From assembly GCF_964213995.1 (NCBI RefSeq), contig NW_027590274.1:1-64000 (forward strand): a stretch of DNA of 64,000 nucleotides. The letters are read 5' to 3'. Positions 23,649 through 35,370 of this stretch are shown in pieces. The DNA comes from Mustelus asterias (lineage: Eukaryota). A program made the translations under genes and the position numbers. Below the pieces are notes generated by a model. That model did not search any database. It was not told the DNA's origin and saw only the letters and a program-made list of their open reading frames with translations. Each line of letters begins with the position of its first letter. Within the stretch, counting starts at the first letter, position 1.

Positions 23649-24689
23649 CTGCAGGGGTTGGATTCTGCTGTTTTTGCTGCTGTTCAGTATTGACAGTCTG
23701 ACAATATTTTATTTCTGTTGATGTTAACAAACCCTATAACTCGCTGAAATTTAATATTCTGGAAATGTCACTGATTTTCGGGGCTGCAATGTCCCTTTTC
23801 AAAAGCAACACCTGTGATCTTCCCTCTTAACTGAAGAACTCTCAACAGGAACCTGTTGAGAATAAAATTAAGAACTTTTGCTTCAATTCTAATTTGATCT
23901 TTGGGGCAAAATCTACAATTCATTCTCTGAAAGATCCATCTGCAGGGCTCAAAGTATTTATTTTCAATGCTTGCATTGAGATTTTCTGGAAAGGTACTCT
24001 TTGATTTTTAAGGGCTATTTTTTTGTTTCCAGGGTATCGTTTTCCATTCTCAGTAACTCCTTTATTAGTGATGTAGTCACGTAGTAACATTACCTTTTGT
24101 GTTTCTGTTAGTTTACTTCTTTGAATAAGATAACACAAATACTGAAGACTGTGTATATATTAAATCTTTTAAATTGGAATCTATGAATGATATTTTTTGT
24201 TAACTTATTTTAAAAATACTCCCATACTCTCTTTCCAAAATGAGAATTCTAACTATTTGACACAAGGTAACTGAATCAGATGTTTACTGGTTCAGACGGT
24301 GGAGCAGGAAAAATCTCTCCCGATTCTGATCTTCATTGTGTGTGGATTTACATTGATAACCCATCAATAACCTCACTACACCAGCTGAGATCAGCTCTGA
24401 CCGGGGATTCTGTATGTTGTCTGTGAGCGTTAAACTGCAAATAAAAGCAGTTTAGAATATGAACCTGGATGAATGGATCTCAATTTCTAATGTGACGACC
24501 CAAGTGATTGGTAAGTATGTTCACAATATCTGGTTACTCAAATTCCTGAGCTGTACACCCCACCTACTGAGATATATAAAAATAATCAAGACTTGTTCAG
24601 CAGAATGGGGAAAGCTCTGCCGATGGTTGGATCATTCCTTTTGAGGCTCACACTGCTATGAAACTAGTTCTGTAGCAGGAAGACACAAC

Positions 24690-24988
24690 TCCTCCACACG
24701 TCACTGATAGGCTGCTGAGTCTTTTCTCAAAATAGGTGGCAAAGCTGTTCCTCCAGTTTGAGACTCTGTCTCTGCAGATGCAGCAACATCGGGAGAGACA
24801 GAATCTGTGATTGGAAGAGATGGTCCTCACAGTTTCTGTCTCTCCCATGTACAGGATGATTTATTTCTTCCAGTAGTTCCTCCCATGACAGAATATCCAC
24901 GGTCCTTCTGAGGGTGAATTCACCCTCCACAGCCATGTATTTTGAATCCTGGTTCTGAAATATTCTCACTCTGGGTTTAAGGCTTCCT
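24690..24988 (-). pseudogene. Possible decayed V-type Ig-superfamily exon
   Basis: An acceptor tatgccag is followed by fragments VRIFQ...FTLR, NYWKK, HRFCLSR, LHLQRQSLKLEE and FATYF in V-domain order across frameshifts. Confidence 0.3.
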
Positions 24989-26104
24989 GGCATAATACAC
25001 AGATTTAGATCTTACCACCGAACACCAATTCATATCGTCATCTGAGTTCCAGATTTAAATGTGGTTGTCCAAACCAGAAACTATATATAATTTGACTCTT
25101 TTTAAACTTGATTCACCACACCCTGCCACACTAACTACAAGAGATTGTGTTTGGAACCAGTTGTTCCATTGAAGTCTGTGTTGTTCTCAATGATGACAGT
25201 TTTAACCTTCTCCATAACCTGTCCTAACCCTTCCGCCCTCCAGGGGGCTCTGTTTTTCTGATGGTGACATTCCCTGTTTACCCAGTCAGCCCTTGAATTG
25301 TTTGTGAATCCAGTCACATGTCAGTTAGACTGGATCAGGCGGCAGATTTCCTTCCTTAAAGGGCATTAGAGAACCAGATGTGTTTTTACAATAATTGATT
25401 CATGTTGCATCAATATTTTTATTGAAACGTGTGGGATTCAAACCCAGGTCCCAAAATCATTATAATAAAAACAGAAAATGCTGGATAAACTCAGCAGGTC
25501 AGTTTTATTCACAATTCCAACATCTGCAGGATTTTGCTTTATCCCAAAATCATTACCCGGGATTATCCTCCAGCTCTAATTCCAGTTCCAGAATCCCACA
25601 ACTCTCTGTATTTCCCAGGAGGGGGGTGGGGGGGAAGAAAGTGTTTTTCTCATAAATGTTGGCCAGAGGAGGAAGTTTGAGACTCTGTGTGAAGCTAAAA
25701 ACAAAAGGTGTGCTGTTTCAAATCAAACTGCAGGACTTGGAGGAAAATATTGGAATCTATCATTAAGGAAGTGATAACAATGCAATTAGAAAATTAGAAC
25801 ATGATTGGACAAAGTCAACATTGGTTTATGAATGAATTTGACAAATCCAGTAGAATTTGTTGAGGATGTAACTAACAGGTTAGATAAAGGGGAACCAGAG
25901 AATATTGCATTGATTGAATTTCTAAAAGCCATTTGATAAGGTGCCATACACAAGGTTGTTGCACAGGATAAGGGCTTGTGTCACTGGAGTTGTTAAAGGA
26001 CAAAGAGAAGGGATTGATGTGTCATTTTCAGTTCGGCAGGCTCTTATAATGGGGACAGCGCAAGAAGCAGGACAGGAGTTTATTAACAATCCATGTTCAT
26101 GACT

Positions 26105-26585
26105 TATTTCAAGAGACCAAGTCCAATGTGTTGAAGTTTCCCGATGGGAGACTGTCTCGGGGCAAACAGCATCAAGGTGGTCAATACAAATGACACACGG
26201 ACCCCGTAAAATATATCCTCACAAACTTCTGCACTGCGGACCACCTCTCTGGGGAAAACACTGTGGCGACCGGCAGATATGGAGGCAGCACTGACATTTT
26301 GTTCAGTTTCAAGGACCATCATCACCAAACTCTCAACATCCGAGGTATCCAGAGGAAGATCAGAAGTGGAGCGGTGGCAGAGCAAGACCAGAGGTGGAGC
26401 AGCAGCAGAGGAAGACCAGAGGTAGGGTGGAGCCACAGAGCTCCTCCCATTCCCCTTGAGCACTAACAACAACATCATGAACTGCCAGTTCTGTGGATGT
26501 CCATGTCGATCCCACATCAGACTCTCCCATCAGGAGAGGATCCACAGAAAACAACAAAATCATTGACAGCTTGGACATACTTAAA
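26105..26585 (+). mobile_element. RTE-clade LINE 3' fragment
   Basis: GRYGG...FKDHHHQTL and the C-terminal knuckle CQFCGCPCRSHIRLSHQERIH. Confidence 0.6.
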
Positions 26586-26842
26586 CCATGAGGAGTCTAC
26601 CCCAACGTTTTCCCTGTTCTCTGGATGGGGTAACTATACTCTGTCTGTATTGTTGCAGTGCTATTAATACAGTCAGCAAAAGACAATCTGTTGTTGGGAG
26701 TTTGATTAGCTGGTGTCTGAAACCACAAGATTCAATATTTAGAGTCAACAAGATGAAAAAGGAAACACACCAGGGCCCAATACTCCAGCTAGATATTCAC
26801 GGGAGAAGTCATCGAGTGGGCAGAACAGAGAAAAATCCCAAC

Positions 26843-27410
26843 TTAGTTAGGCGGCACTTGGAATATAGTGTTCAATTCTGGTCACCACACTACCAGAAGG
26901 ATGTGGAGGCTTTGGAGAGGGTACAGAAAAGATTTACCAGGATGTTGCCTGGTATGGAGGGCATGAGGTATGAGGAGAGGGTGGAGAAACTTGGTTTGTT
27001 CTTACCGGAGCGACGGAGATTGAGGGGAGACCTGATAGAAGTCTACAAGATTATGAGATGCATGGACAGAGTGGATAGTCAGAAGCTTTTTCCCAGGGTG
27101 GAACAGTCAATTACTAGGGGGCATAGGTTTAAGGTGCGAGGGGCAAGGTTTAAAGGAGATGTACGAGTCAGATTTTTTACACAGAGAGTGGTGGCTTCCT
27201 GGAACTCGTTGCCAGGGGAGGTAGTGGAAGCAGATACAGTAGTGACTGTTAAGGGGTGTCTTGACAAGTGCATGAATGAGATGGGAATTGAGGGATATGG
27301 TCCTCGGAAGGATAGGGAGTTTTAGTTAAGTCGGGCAGCATGGTCGGTGCAGCCTTGGAGGGCCGAAGGGCCTGTTCCTGTGCTGTAATTTTCTTTGTTC
27401 TTTGTTGTTT
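26843..27410 (+). mobile_element. CR1 (HER1-like) LINE 3' fragment
   Basis: LVRRHLEYSVQFWSPHY...; tail ttctttgttctttg. Confidence 0.9.
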
Positions 27411-28897
27411 GTAAGAAACCCTCCAATCATTTGTGAATATCTTTCAAATGCTAACAGGTTGCATCTCCCAGTTTCCATTATACTGAATCAATGGAGAGCG
27501 GTTTTCCTGGAACTACTAAAAACACTAGCTAGATCACAGCTGGAGTACTCAGCACCATTCTAGTTAGGGGGTGGTTAGCCAGAGAGTGTGGCTCAGAAGG
27601 TCCTAGATCCTTAACAGAGATGTCAAGAACTAAGGGGCAGAGAGGTAAAGCAATTGGCAGAAGGATTAGAGAAGTGTGGAGAAGTTTTCACCCAGAGGGT
27701 GGTGGGGAATCAAACTGACTCTCTGAAAGGGTGGTGGAGACAGAAATGTTCACATGCAAGAGGTATTCAGATATGGACTTGACATGCTGTGTCCTATAGG
27801 GTCATAACCTATACCTGGAAAGTGGGACTAAACTGGATAGCTCATTTTCTCCTGGTACAGGCATGATGGGCTGAATGGCATCCTGTGCAGTAAATTTCTC
27901 AGATTCTGTGATGACAAGTGATCCTCATGATTTTATTCAAGCCAGGTCTCAGCCCAGTCATTTACTCTAAGTATTGATGTGATGGTTCAGTCACATTGTG
28001 CAAACGAGCTGCTGTGATACAGTAATAACTAGAGGATTTTCACAGTAACTTCACTGCATTGTTAATGTAAGCCTATTTGTGACTAATAAACTCTAACTTA
28101 ACTTGTATTTATAGGAACAGAATAGGTAAATTTCAGCCCTTAGAGCCTGCTCCGCGATTCAGTCAGATCATGGCTGATCTCTCCCTGGTCTCAAGTCAAC
28201 CTCCCCACTTGTTCCCCATATCTTCCATCCCTTTTTGTGTCAGAAATATATCTATCTCCTCCTTGAAACCATTCAACGATTCAGACTCCACCACGCTGTG
28301 AGGCAGCGAGTTCCACAAATTTACCACTCTTGGAAAACTTCCCCCTTACATCTCTTTTAAACTTTCCCCCTCTCACTTTCAATTGTGGATCTTTCAGAGT
28401 GTGAGGTGAATGATAATCAGTACACTACAGACACACGTCACGGTCAGCATCTCAAAGGGACTGCAGAGTATTTCAAACTGTGTCGTCATGCTGTAGTTCG
28501 TGACCTTGATTTGCAGAGATAGAATTCGGACTGGATATTTTGGAATGTTGGAGAGACATTGATCTAACAATAGAATCGTGAAATAACAGCTCATGAGGAG
28601 ACACATCATGTCTGTGCTAGCTTATTTTCAAACAGTTATACAATTAGTCCTAATATCATTCCCTTTCATAAAAACGTGCATTATTTCTCCTTTCAAACGA
28701 TTGTTCAATTCTCTTTCTGAAAAATCTGAGTTAACAAACAACAACATCGGAAGAGTTGCAGAAGCCTCTGCAGTATTCATGGACATTTTTTAAATTAACA
28801 AAGTTTCCTTGAATCAATAGAGTCAGGTGGGAATTCTCATACAGTTTTGGAAATAAAACTATTTGCAGTAATGCAGTTGATTTCGTACCTTTTCAAG

Positions 28898-29206
28898 GAT
28901 CATAGAATTCTACAGTGCAGAAGAAGGCCATTCAGCCCATCGAGTCTGGACCGACCACAATCCCACCCACGCCCTATCTCCATAACCCCATGCATTAACC
29001 CTAGCTAGTCCCCCTGACAATTTTTAGCATGGCCAATCCACTTAACCCGCATATCTTTGGAGTGTGGGAGGAAACCAGAGCACCCGGAGGAAACCCACGC
29101 AGACATGAGAAGAATGTGCAAACTCCACACAGACAGTGACCCAAGCTGGGAATAGAACCCAGGTCCCTGGCGCTGTGAGACAGCAGTGCTAACCACTGTA
29201 CTGCCC
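28898..29206 (-). mobile_element. HE1-like SINE
   Basis: Minus-strand head gggcagtacagtggttagcactgctg and tail ttctatga. Confidence 0.85.
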
Positions 29207-29689
29207 CTCAATGTTGGTCTTGGAAATAGGGCAATGCTGACCCAGTCAGTTCTGGAATGCAAGTGGTCAGTTATCCTATTTACAGTAGCACAGCCACACC
29301 AGAAAGAGACCATTCAGATATGTTATGTGTGTAAATGGATTCTGTTCGCTCTGTCAAATTTATTCAAACTGTTTGATTCTAATTGATCTAAGGTCAAATT
29401 ACAACTGCAAAAAAGTCAATAAAAAATTTAAATTAACCTGATGTTCATTTCAAAACTCCCTTCGCCTTTTAACTATCTCTCCCTGTCTGTCTCAAATCAT
29501 GAAAACTGGGCAAAAATGTATTTTTTCTGAAAATGAGCACCTCAAATATAACAGATTCAGGGTAGTGTAATCTCCCTAACAGAGATACAGTGTCTCTGTA
29601 AGAATTGTAATTCATGATTTATTTTAATATGTAAGCACCAGTTAACATGAATAAAAGCCCAAACATCTAATTATTTTATTTTTCCGAAA

Positions 29690-31570
29690 CCTTTTTCCTT
29701 TATCCCTGCAAGAATTTTCAAACGCAGTTTTATTTTCATTTAGCCAGAAAACGTGTAACCGCTCAGTATCACAGAGTTGAAACAATACAGAAACAATTGA
29801 GAAACACCAAACCATTTCACAAATTTTGAGATGAGATTAGTAATTAATTATCTCGGTATCCAATTACAAATTACTTGGAAGGAATAATCTGATTGCGACT
29901 GCACAGAAAGAAAATGTAATAATCGGATACATAAATTGCCAAAAAGCAACGTCTTTTTCTGCAAAACTCGTATTCCAGTGAATGCGAACTTAATCTGGGA
30001 TATAACGACTAATGCAAAGTATCTTGTTGAATTGAGCGCTGCTATGGAAACAGCACGTTATCATTGAAATAGTTTCTGGAATTATCACAAAATATTTCCA
30101 GCCCAGAAACTTTTCTGGTCATTTTAATTGAACAGAACTATTAGAGGTGATTAATGAATAATGATATTAACATAAAAAAATCTTTGGTGAATATGGAGTT
30201 ATATTACCGATCAATAATTGTTTGATTTATCTTAATTTCATGATCAAATTGGTTAATGAGAAGTTTGTGATTGCAGCAATGACTTAGTGTCCAAGTGAAC
30301 TTTGTAAGTCATGATTTATTTTAATATTTAAACATTAGTTAAAATTTATAAAAATGTTGTGATATCTTGATTTCATTTTTATCCAAAACCTGCCTGTTTT
30401 CTACTACAAGGACTTTCAAACTCAGAGATTCTTTGCATTCAACCAGAAAACGTGTAACCGCTCAGTGCCGCCGAGTTTAAACAGTGCAGAAACAATGCGG
30501 AAACACCAAATCACTTCGCAAATTTTAAACTATCATAGTGACCGAACCACAGAATCTCCTGAACATAAACACTACAAAGCACATCACTGAGAGAATTATT
30601 CCGCTTCATGAAGAAGCAGCTCAATTATTCATTCAACATAATAAAATGTAACATTGCAAGAAAATCTCAATATCGAATCCAGCAAAACAGCTCGTCACCA
30701 AATGTATGAATTATTAAACAAAACAGAAATCTGGAATAATAGCAATAGCATTGTGAAGAGATAGAATATATCCAACACATTAATATGGAAACTTTACCAC
30801 ATTTTATTCATATTGGATCATATTTCAAACATATTTAAATATTTGGATGGTAAAAGCTGCAGCAATCACTGAGATTTAACATTGCAGGGTAAACAAATAG
30901 TGAATGCAGTGGCAAACTATATTCTGAACAAACTGCGTAAACTGTGGTTTAGTTTAACCTGCAATTATCAATTATGATTTTCAAAAATACCAATGGAATA
31001 AAGCCTGCCTGATTTCAGCATATAATCATGCGTAAAGCAGTTTCAGACGCGAAGACTGTTTGTATTCAATCACAAAATGTGTAACAGCTCAGTGTCACCG
31101 AGATTAAATAATGCAGAATCGCCAAACCATTTCAAAAATTTTACTTATTCAAAGTCACCCAGACCCACAATCTCCTCAACAGAAAAACATATACATCACT
31201 GAACCCCGCATAATGCAGAAGCAGCTCAATTCTACAAACACTTTCAACAGAATCAAATGTAACATTGACAGCAAATCTCAAATTTAAATCCAGCCAATCC
31301 GCTCATCATCAAACTAATCAATGATTAAATTAACAGAAATATGTCAGAACCACGCCAGCATTGCGAGTAAGCGGAATATGATCACTCAATTAATACAGAA
31401 TCTTTAACACATTTTTAAAATATTGGGTTAGATTTCAAATGCGTGTGCAGCAGATGGTACAACACGCAGCCACTAGATGTCACCGAGTTTATACACTGCA
31501 GAAACGTCGAACTGTTTAACAGAAGTTAGACAGTAACTTTTAAAGTAACCCAGCCACACAATGTCCTCAG
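29690..31570. repeat. Degenerate about 630-700-bp tandem repeat immediately downstream of JH
   Basis: AAAACGTGTAACCGCTCAGT...GAGTT...ACACCAAA...AAATTTT recurs at about 29745, 30445 and 31075, with partial copies at about 30850 and 31460. Confidence 0.7.
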
Positions 31571-31808
31571 CAGATAAACACCAAAATACAACAACCAAGG
31601 ATTGAATCCCTCAGCATCGCCTTGTCAATTAACAGGAGAATTTTATAACCCCCATTTTAAGCAGAATCACATGAAACTTTGTTAAGACTTTTAGTACAGA
31701 ATCCACCAAACCACATTTCAGTGAACGAATGAATTAATAAAATCGATCAAAAATATAAAACAAAAGCTCAAGGAAAACTTAGTTACGAAATAATTGCATG
31801 GTTCTTAC

Positions 31809-31856
31809 CTGCAGTCACCGTCACCATGGTCCCTTGTCCCCAGTAGTCAAAGTAGT
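31809..31856 (-). other. IGHJ: Ig heavy-chain JH segment (YFDYWGQGTMVTVTA)
   Basis: WGxG motif and splice donor GCAG|GTAAG at 31809/31808. Confidence 0.95.
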
Positions 31857-31895
31857 CACAGTGTCACATTCCCTTGGCTGGGTCATACAGTAACT
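31857..31895 (-). other. 23-bp-spacer RSS of JH
   Basis: Heptamer CACAGTG at 31857-31863, a 23-nt spacer and a non-consensus nonamer ACAGTAACT at 31887-31895. Confidence 0.85.
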
Positions 31896-32222
31896 GGCCC
31901 TGCAAAAAATAGACAGAAAAGCCGCCATTATTTTAAATATTCACAAACCTGAGGAAAAGCAAAGTCAATTAATATTCATGAGATTATTATTGTATTTGTG
32001 GATACCGTTCGCTCTACATAAATAACCCTTATGTTTTGTATTTCACCGGGTATAACATGAACATGTTACTGAAAACACCAAATGATAATTGAATAGTTAT
32101 CATAAATTTTCCGTTTGATTCTCGCCGTTTGTACAGAGCTGGACATAAATAATACAGCACTGCAAATAATGTTGGATGGTAAAACAGAGCACTGACCCAG
32201 TCTCGGTCAATTAGTGCTGAGG

Positions 32223-32291
32223 GGTTTTTGTATTGACAGTAACTGTTGTGCCACCCCAGTTATCACAGTGAGATACAGCATGACAAATACT
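32223..32291 (-). other. IGHD: DH2 segment (ATAACTGGGGTGG, 32251-32263) flanked by two 12-bp-spacer RSSs
   Basis: The minus strand reads AGTATTTGT-12nt-CACTGTG-ATAACTGGGGTGG-CACAACA-12nt-ACAAAAACC. Confidence 0.9.
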
Positions 32292-32604
32292 GAGTCTGAC
32301 TGCTGACTGTAAAATACAGAGATTTAATTTCACTGCTCTCTCAAAAATCTGATTCTGCCTCTTCTGTGAGCGAATGAGTGAGATATTGTAGCTTGTCCAA
32401 GTCATTATATTTACAAGGGGTATCGGAATGCTTTTAAACCCTCTATGTAGATTTAGCATATCGTTCAACACAGATTTTACGGGAAGATTTTTATACCTTT
32501 CCACAATCTAATATTGCTTCTGCGCATTATTTCATTGAAGCCTCGTTTACTTTGAAAATCCTGCTGTAGTGCTGATCACCAATTTGAGCGATCTCTTTCC
32601 ATGA

Positions 32605-32642
32605 GGTTTTTGTATGAGGATGTCGCTGTGCTCAGCACTGTG
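32605..32642 (-). other. 22-bp-spacer RSS, typical of the 3' side of shark DH1
   Basis: CACAGTG-CTGAGCACAGCGACATCCTCAT (22 nt)-ACAAAAACC. Confidence 0.9.
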
Positions 32643-32958
32643 ACCCCACTGTAGTATATTGCACAGTAATAGATGGCGGTGTCTTCGGTCTTCAGCCTTG
32701 TCATGTCCAAAGAGAAGATGTTGGTTGAAGTGTCTTTGGACGCAGTAAATCGATCCTTAATTGCTGGGGCGTAGCTGTTGCTGGATGAAGTATAGTACCA
32801 CACCAGCCACTCCAACCCCTGTCCTGGAACCTGCCGGATCCAACCCATGCCATAGCTGCTAAGATCGAAGCCGCTGGTTTTACAGGTCAGTGTCAGGGAG
32901 CCTCCTGGACGCCCGGTCTCTGCCTCTGGCTGAGTCAACACAACCTCCGACTGGACAC
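32643..32958 (-). CDS. IGHV: IgM-type VH exon fused directly to a DH1-like segment (VD1)
   Basis: Acceptor tttttacag|GT. Open frame [30 protein letters not shown]...[12 protein letters not shown]...DTAIYYCA is followed by ATATACTACAGTGGGGT with no intervening RSS. Confidence 0.93.
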
Positions 32959-33089
32959 CTGTAAAAATAGATAAAAAAACCCGAGGATTAATCCTGGTGT
33001 AATGATTTTTGACTCTGGAATAATACAGAGATGGACTAAAACTGAGACAGTAACTGTGGGAGACTTAGACAATGAAAAAAAGTACTCAC

Positions 33090-33135
33090 CGGATAAGAAA
33101 GTCAGCAACAAACTGAGAGAAATCGCCGACCTCAT
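33090..33135 (-). CDS. IGHV: VH leader exon (MRSAISLSLLLTFLS-G)
   Basis: 46-nt hydrophobic leader with donor G|GTGAGT and a 131-nt intron (32959-33089) in phase with the V exon. Confidence 0.92.
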
Positions 33136-33199
33136 CCTTCTGGTGATTTGGGGGAAATGGTTGTGTCAGAAACTCAGTGAACCAACCAGCTCCCGGACT

Positions 33200-33320
33200 G
33201 TTGGATTCCGGTCCGGTGAACGGTATTTAAATACCCGGCAGAAGGGGGCGGCTTTCCAGGCGCCGCCTGTTGATTCCCTGCTGGAGGCGGCGACAGGATC
33301 CAGGTCCCACCTTCCACACC
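33200..33320 (-). promoter_or_regulatory. Putative VH promoter
   Basis: TATA-like TATTTAAATA at 33224-33233, about 90 nt upstream of the ATG, within a small GC/CpG-rich patch. No octamer is nearby. Confidence 0.55.
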
Positions 33321-35019
33321 CCCAACAGAATGGACTTCCAGATTTACAATAGGTTAATATTAAAATGGACATTTTATCTGTGTCGGGATATTTGTTTGGC
33401 TGAATATGTTCATTGTATTGTCTCCATTATTTCTGATGGTGATATTGCAGTTCATCATTTCTTTATTTAAAATAACTAATTCCATTGTAAATATGGTGTT
33501 TTTTTTACCACGCCCCCAAGAAGAACACAAATCTGAAAATGATGAAATAACATTTTGGGAAAATAAAGAGACCGTCAGTCTATTTTGCGACAATTCCGGG
33601 TCTCTGTCACATTACAATAATAAAGCATCATTTATCAGAAGAATTTTTACCGATTTCTGTAACTAAATGAGGGGTATGAACAAAGTGATTGCATTTACAG
33701 TGCAGATGGCTATCACTGTACAATCTGGGTTTGGGGATGAGAAGAAACTCTCACACAATACAATGTTTCTCCTTATATTTGTCAAACTACCCCAATCTCG
33801 AAGACAGCCCTTTGAAAATAATAAGAATCGCGCCATCCTGATAATTAAATAGTGAGTTGACAGAGAAACATAAAATTAACATCGACTTTTGACAGAGAAG
33901 TTAATAAATGGAACGGACTCGGAGATCATTAAAGTTCTCCTTCAGCATCCAGATCATTGCAGCTCACTCTATCGGCCACCGGCTGTCTAACATTCGCTGG
34001 TATTGCGAACACAAGATATCAGGGCTTTGCGGCACATTGCACAATATCACAAGAATAAATGTTTTATCTTCCATTGAATCAGGTTATGAACTGATTATTT
34101 CTCCACTTATTGGCAGCTATGATTGGAACTCTTCAATAACAGGAATCAGATTATACTGTACAATAGAATAGGGTGTTAATCAGGTACAAGAGACGCTGCT
34201 GTTTAAATGCGATACAGAACGTTCAGAATATTCCAGGAATTCCCGCTGTTCATGTCAGTTTTATGCCGTTCTCTTCATATTATATTTCGATGCATTTTAT
34301 GCCATTGCACTGATTTCAATTGACTGGGGAATTGGGACCATCAACATCTCTCTCTCGCATTTCACGAAGTGGTTAATAAACAGACTTTAATTATTGGAAT
34401 GACATTTATTTGGAAGTTATACAAATGAAAAAGCATCTGGTCACTTTATTGTTTTGCGATACTATTTACTCATATAATGAACAGGCCATTGAATGAAAAT
34501 ATTTGATTAGAATGATTCCGATTTAAAATGTGTCATTCTTGTGGGAATGAAACATTTATTGTTTAAATGCTGAATCCCATTTTGTCCGTTTAGGTTCACG
34601 CTGATCTGTCCCACACAGTATTTGGCAGCAATCCAGGCTGCTGTCAAATGCTCAAAGTGATTGACAGGAAGCATCGGGGGGTGTTGTGCAGCAGAACAAA
34701 GATCTGTTTCCTCAGTACTGACCGCTTGGCTGCAAGCCAACTTAAAACCCTTCACGTTGTCAATCAGGCCTATTTATAAATAAATCTACCCAGCAACAGC
34801 ACTGCAGGCACTTTACTTTTTTAAAGTTCTAAATCTGGATGAATTTTGCCCATCTCTAATGAAAGGAAAGTCATGCAGCTTCTCTGGCACCCTGTTAGCA
34901 ACAATGATGATTTTTCCAACACATCAGGATATGGTGTTAGATGGATAGAAAGAATTACAGGCAAACTGAGAAATGTCTCAGAGAGACGATACATGAACAT
35001 GTATGTTTGTATTTTCTTT

Positions 35020-35370
35020 CCCTTTATCTTTCCATGGGATGTTTGGATGCAAAGACCGGCACTTTTTGTCTGTCCCAAATTCCCTTGAACTGACTGGTTT
35101 TCTCGGCCACTTCTGAAGATATTAAGGAGTCAGCTATTTTGCTGTCCATCTGGAGTCACATCCTTGTGAGACCAGGTAGCGATGGCAGATTTCACTCATT
35201 GGGGAATCAGAGAGGGTCCGATGGTCGCCATTAGTATCTGTTCCATATTTATTAATTGAATTCAAATTCCACCAGCTGCAATGCTCCGATTTAAATCCCT
35301 GTCCCCACATCATTGTCCTGGGTCTCTGGATCACTGGGCCAATTAAATTAATATTACGTCACCATCTGCG
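35020..35370 (-). mobile_element. Deu-domain SINE (SacSINE1-like)
   Basis: tggagtcacat...ggcagatttc...gaattcaaattccacca. A paralogous copy is at 46690-47040. Confidence 0.65.

Noticed and set aside
26588-27325. 245-aa ORF as a host gene
   Set aside because: The C-terminal two thirds is a CR1 ORF2 fragment and the N-terminus is chance open frame.
28394-28609. Possible degenerate Ig constant exon downstream of JH
   Set aside because: Only vague Cys/YS spacing, with no conserved Trp, no clear splice sites and no resemblance to shark C-mu1 that I can support.
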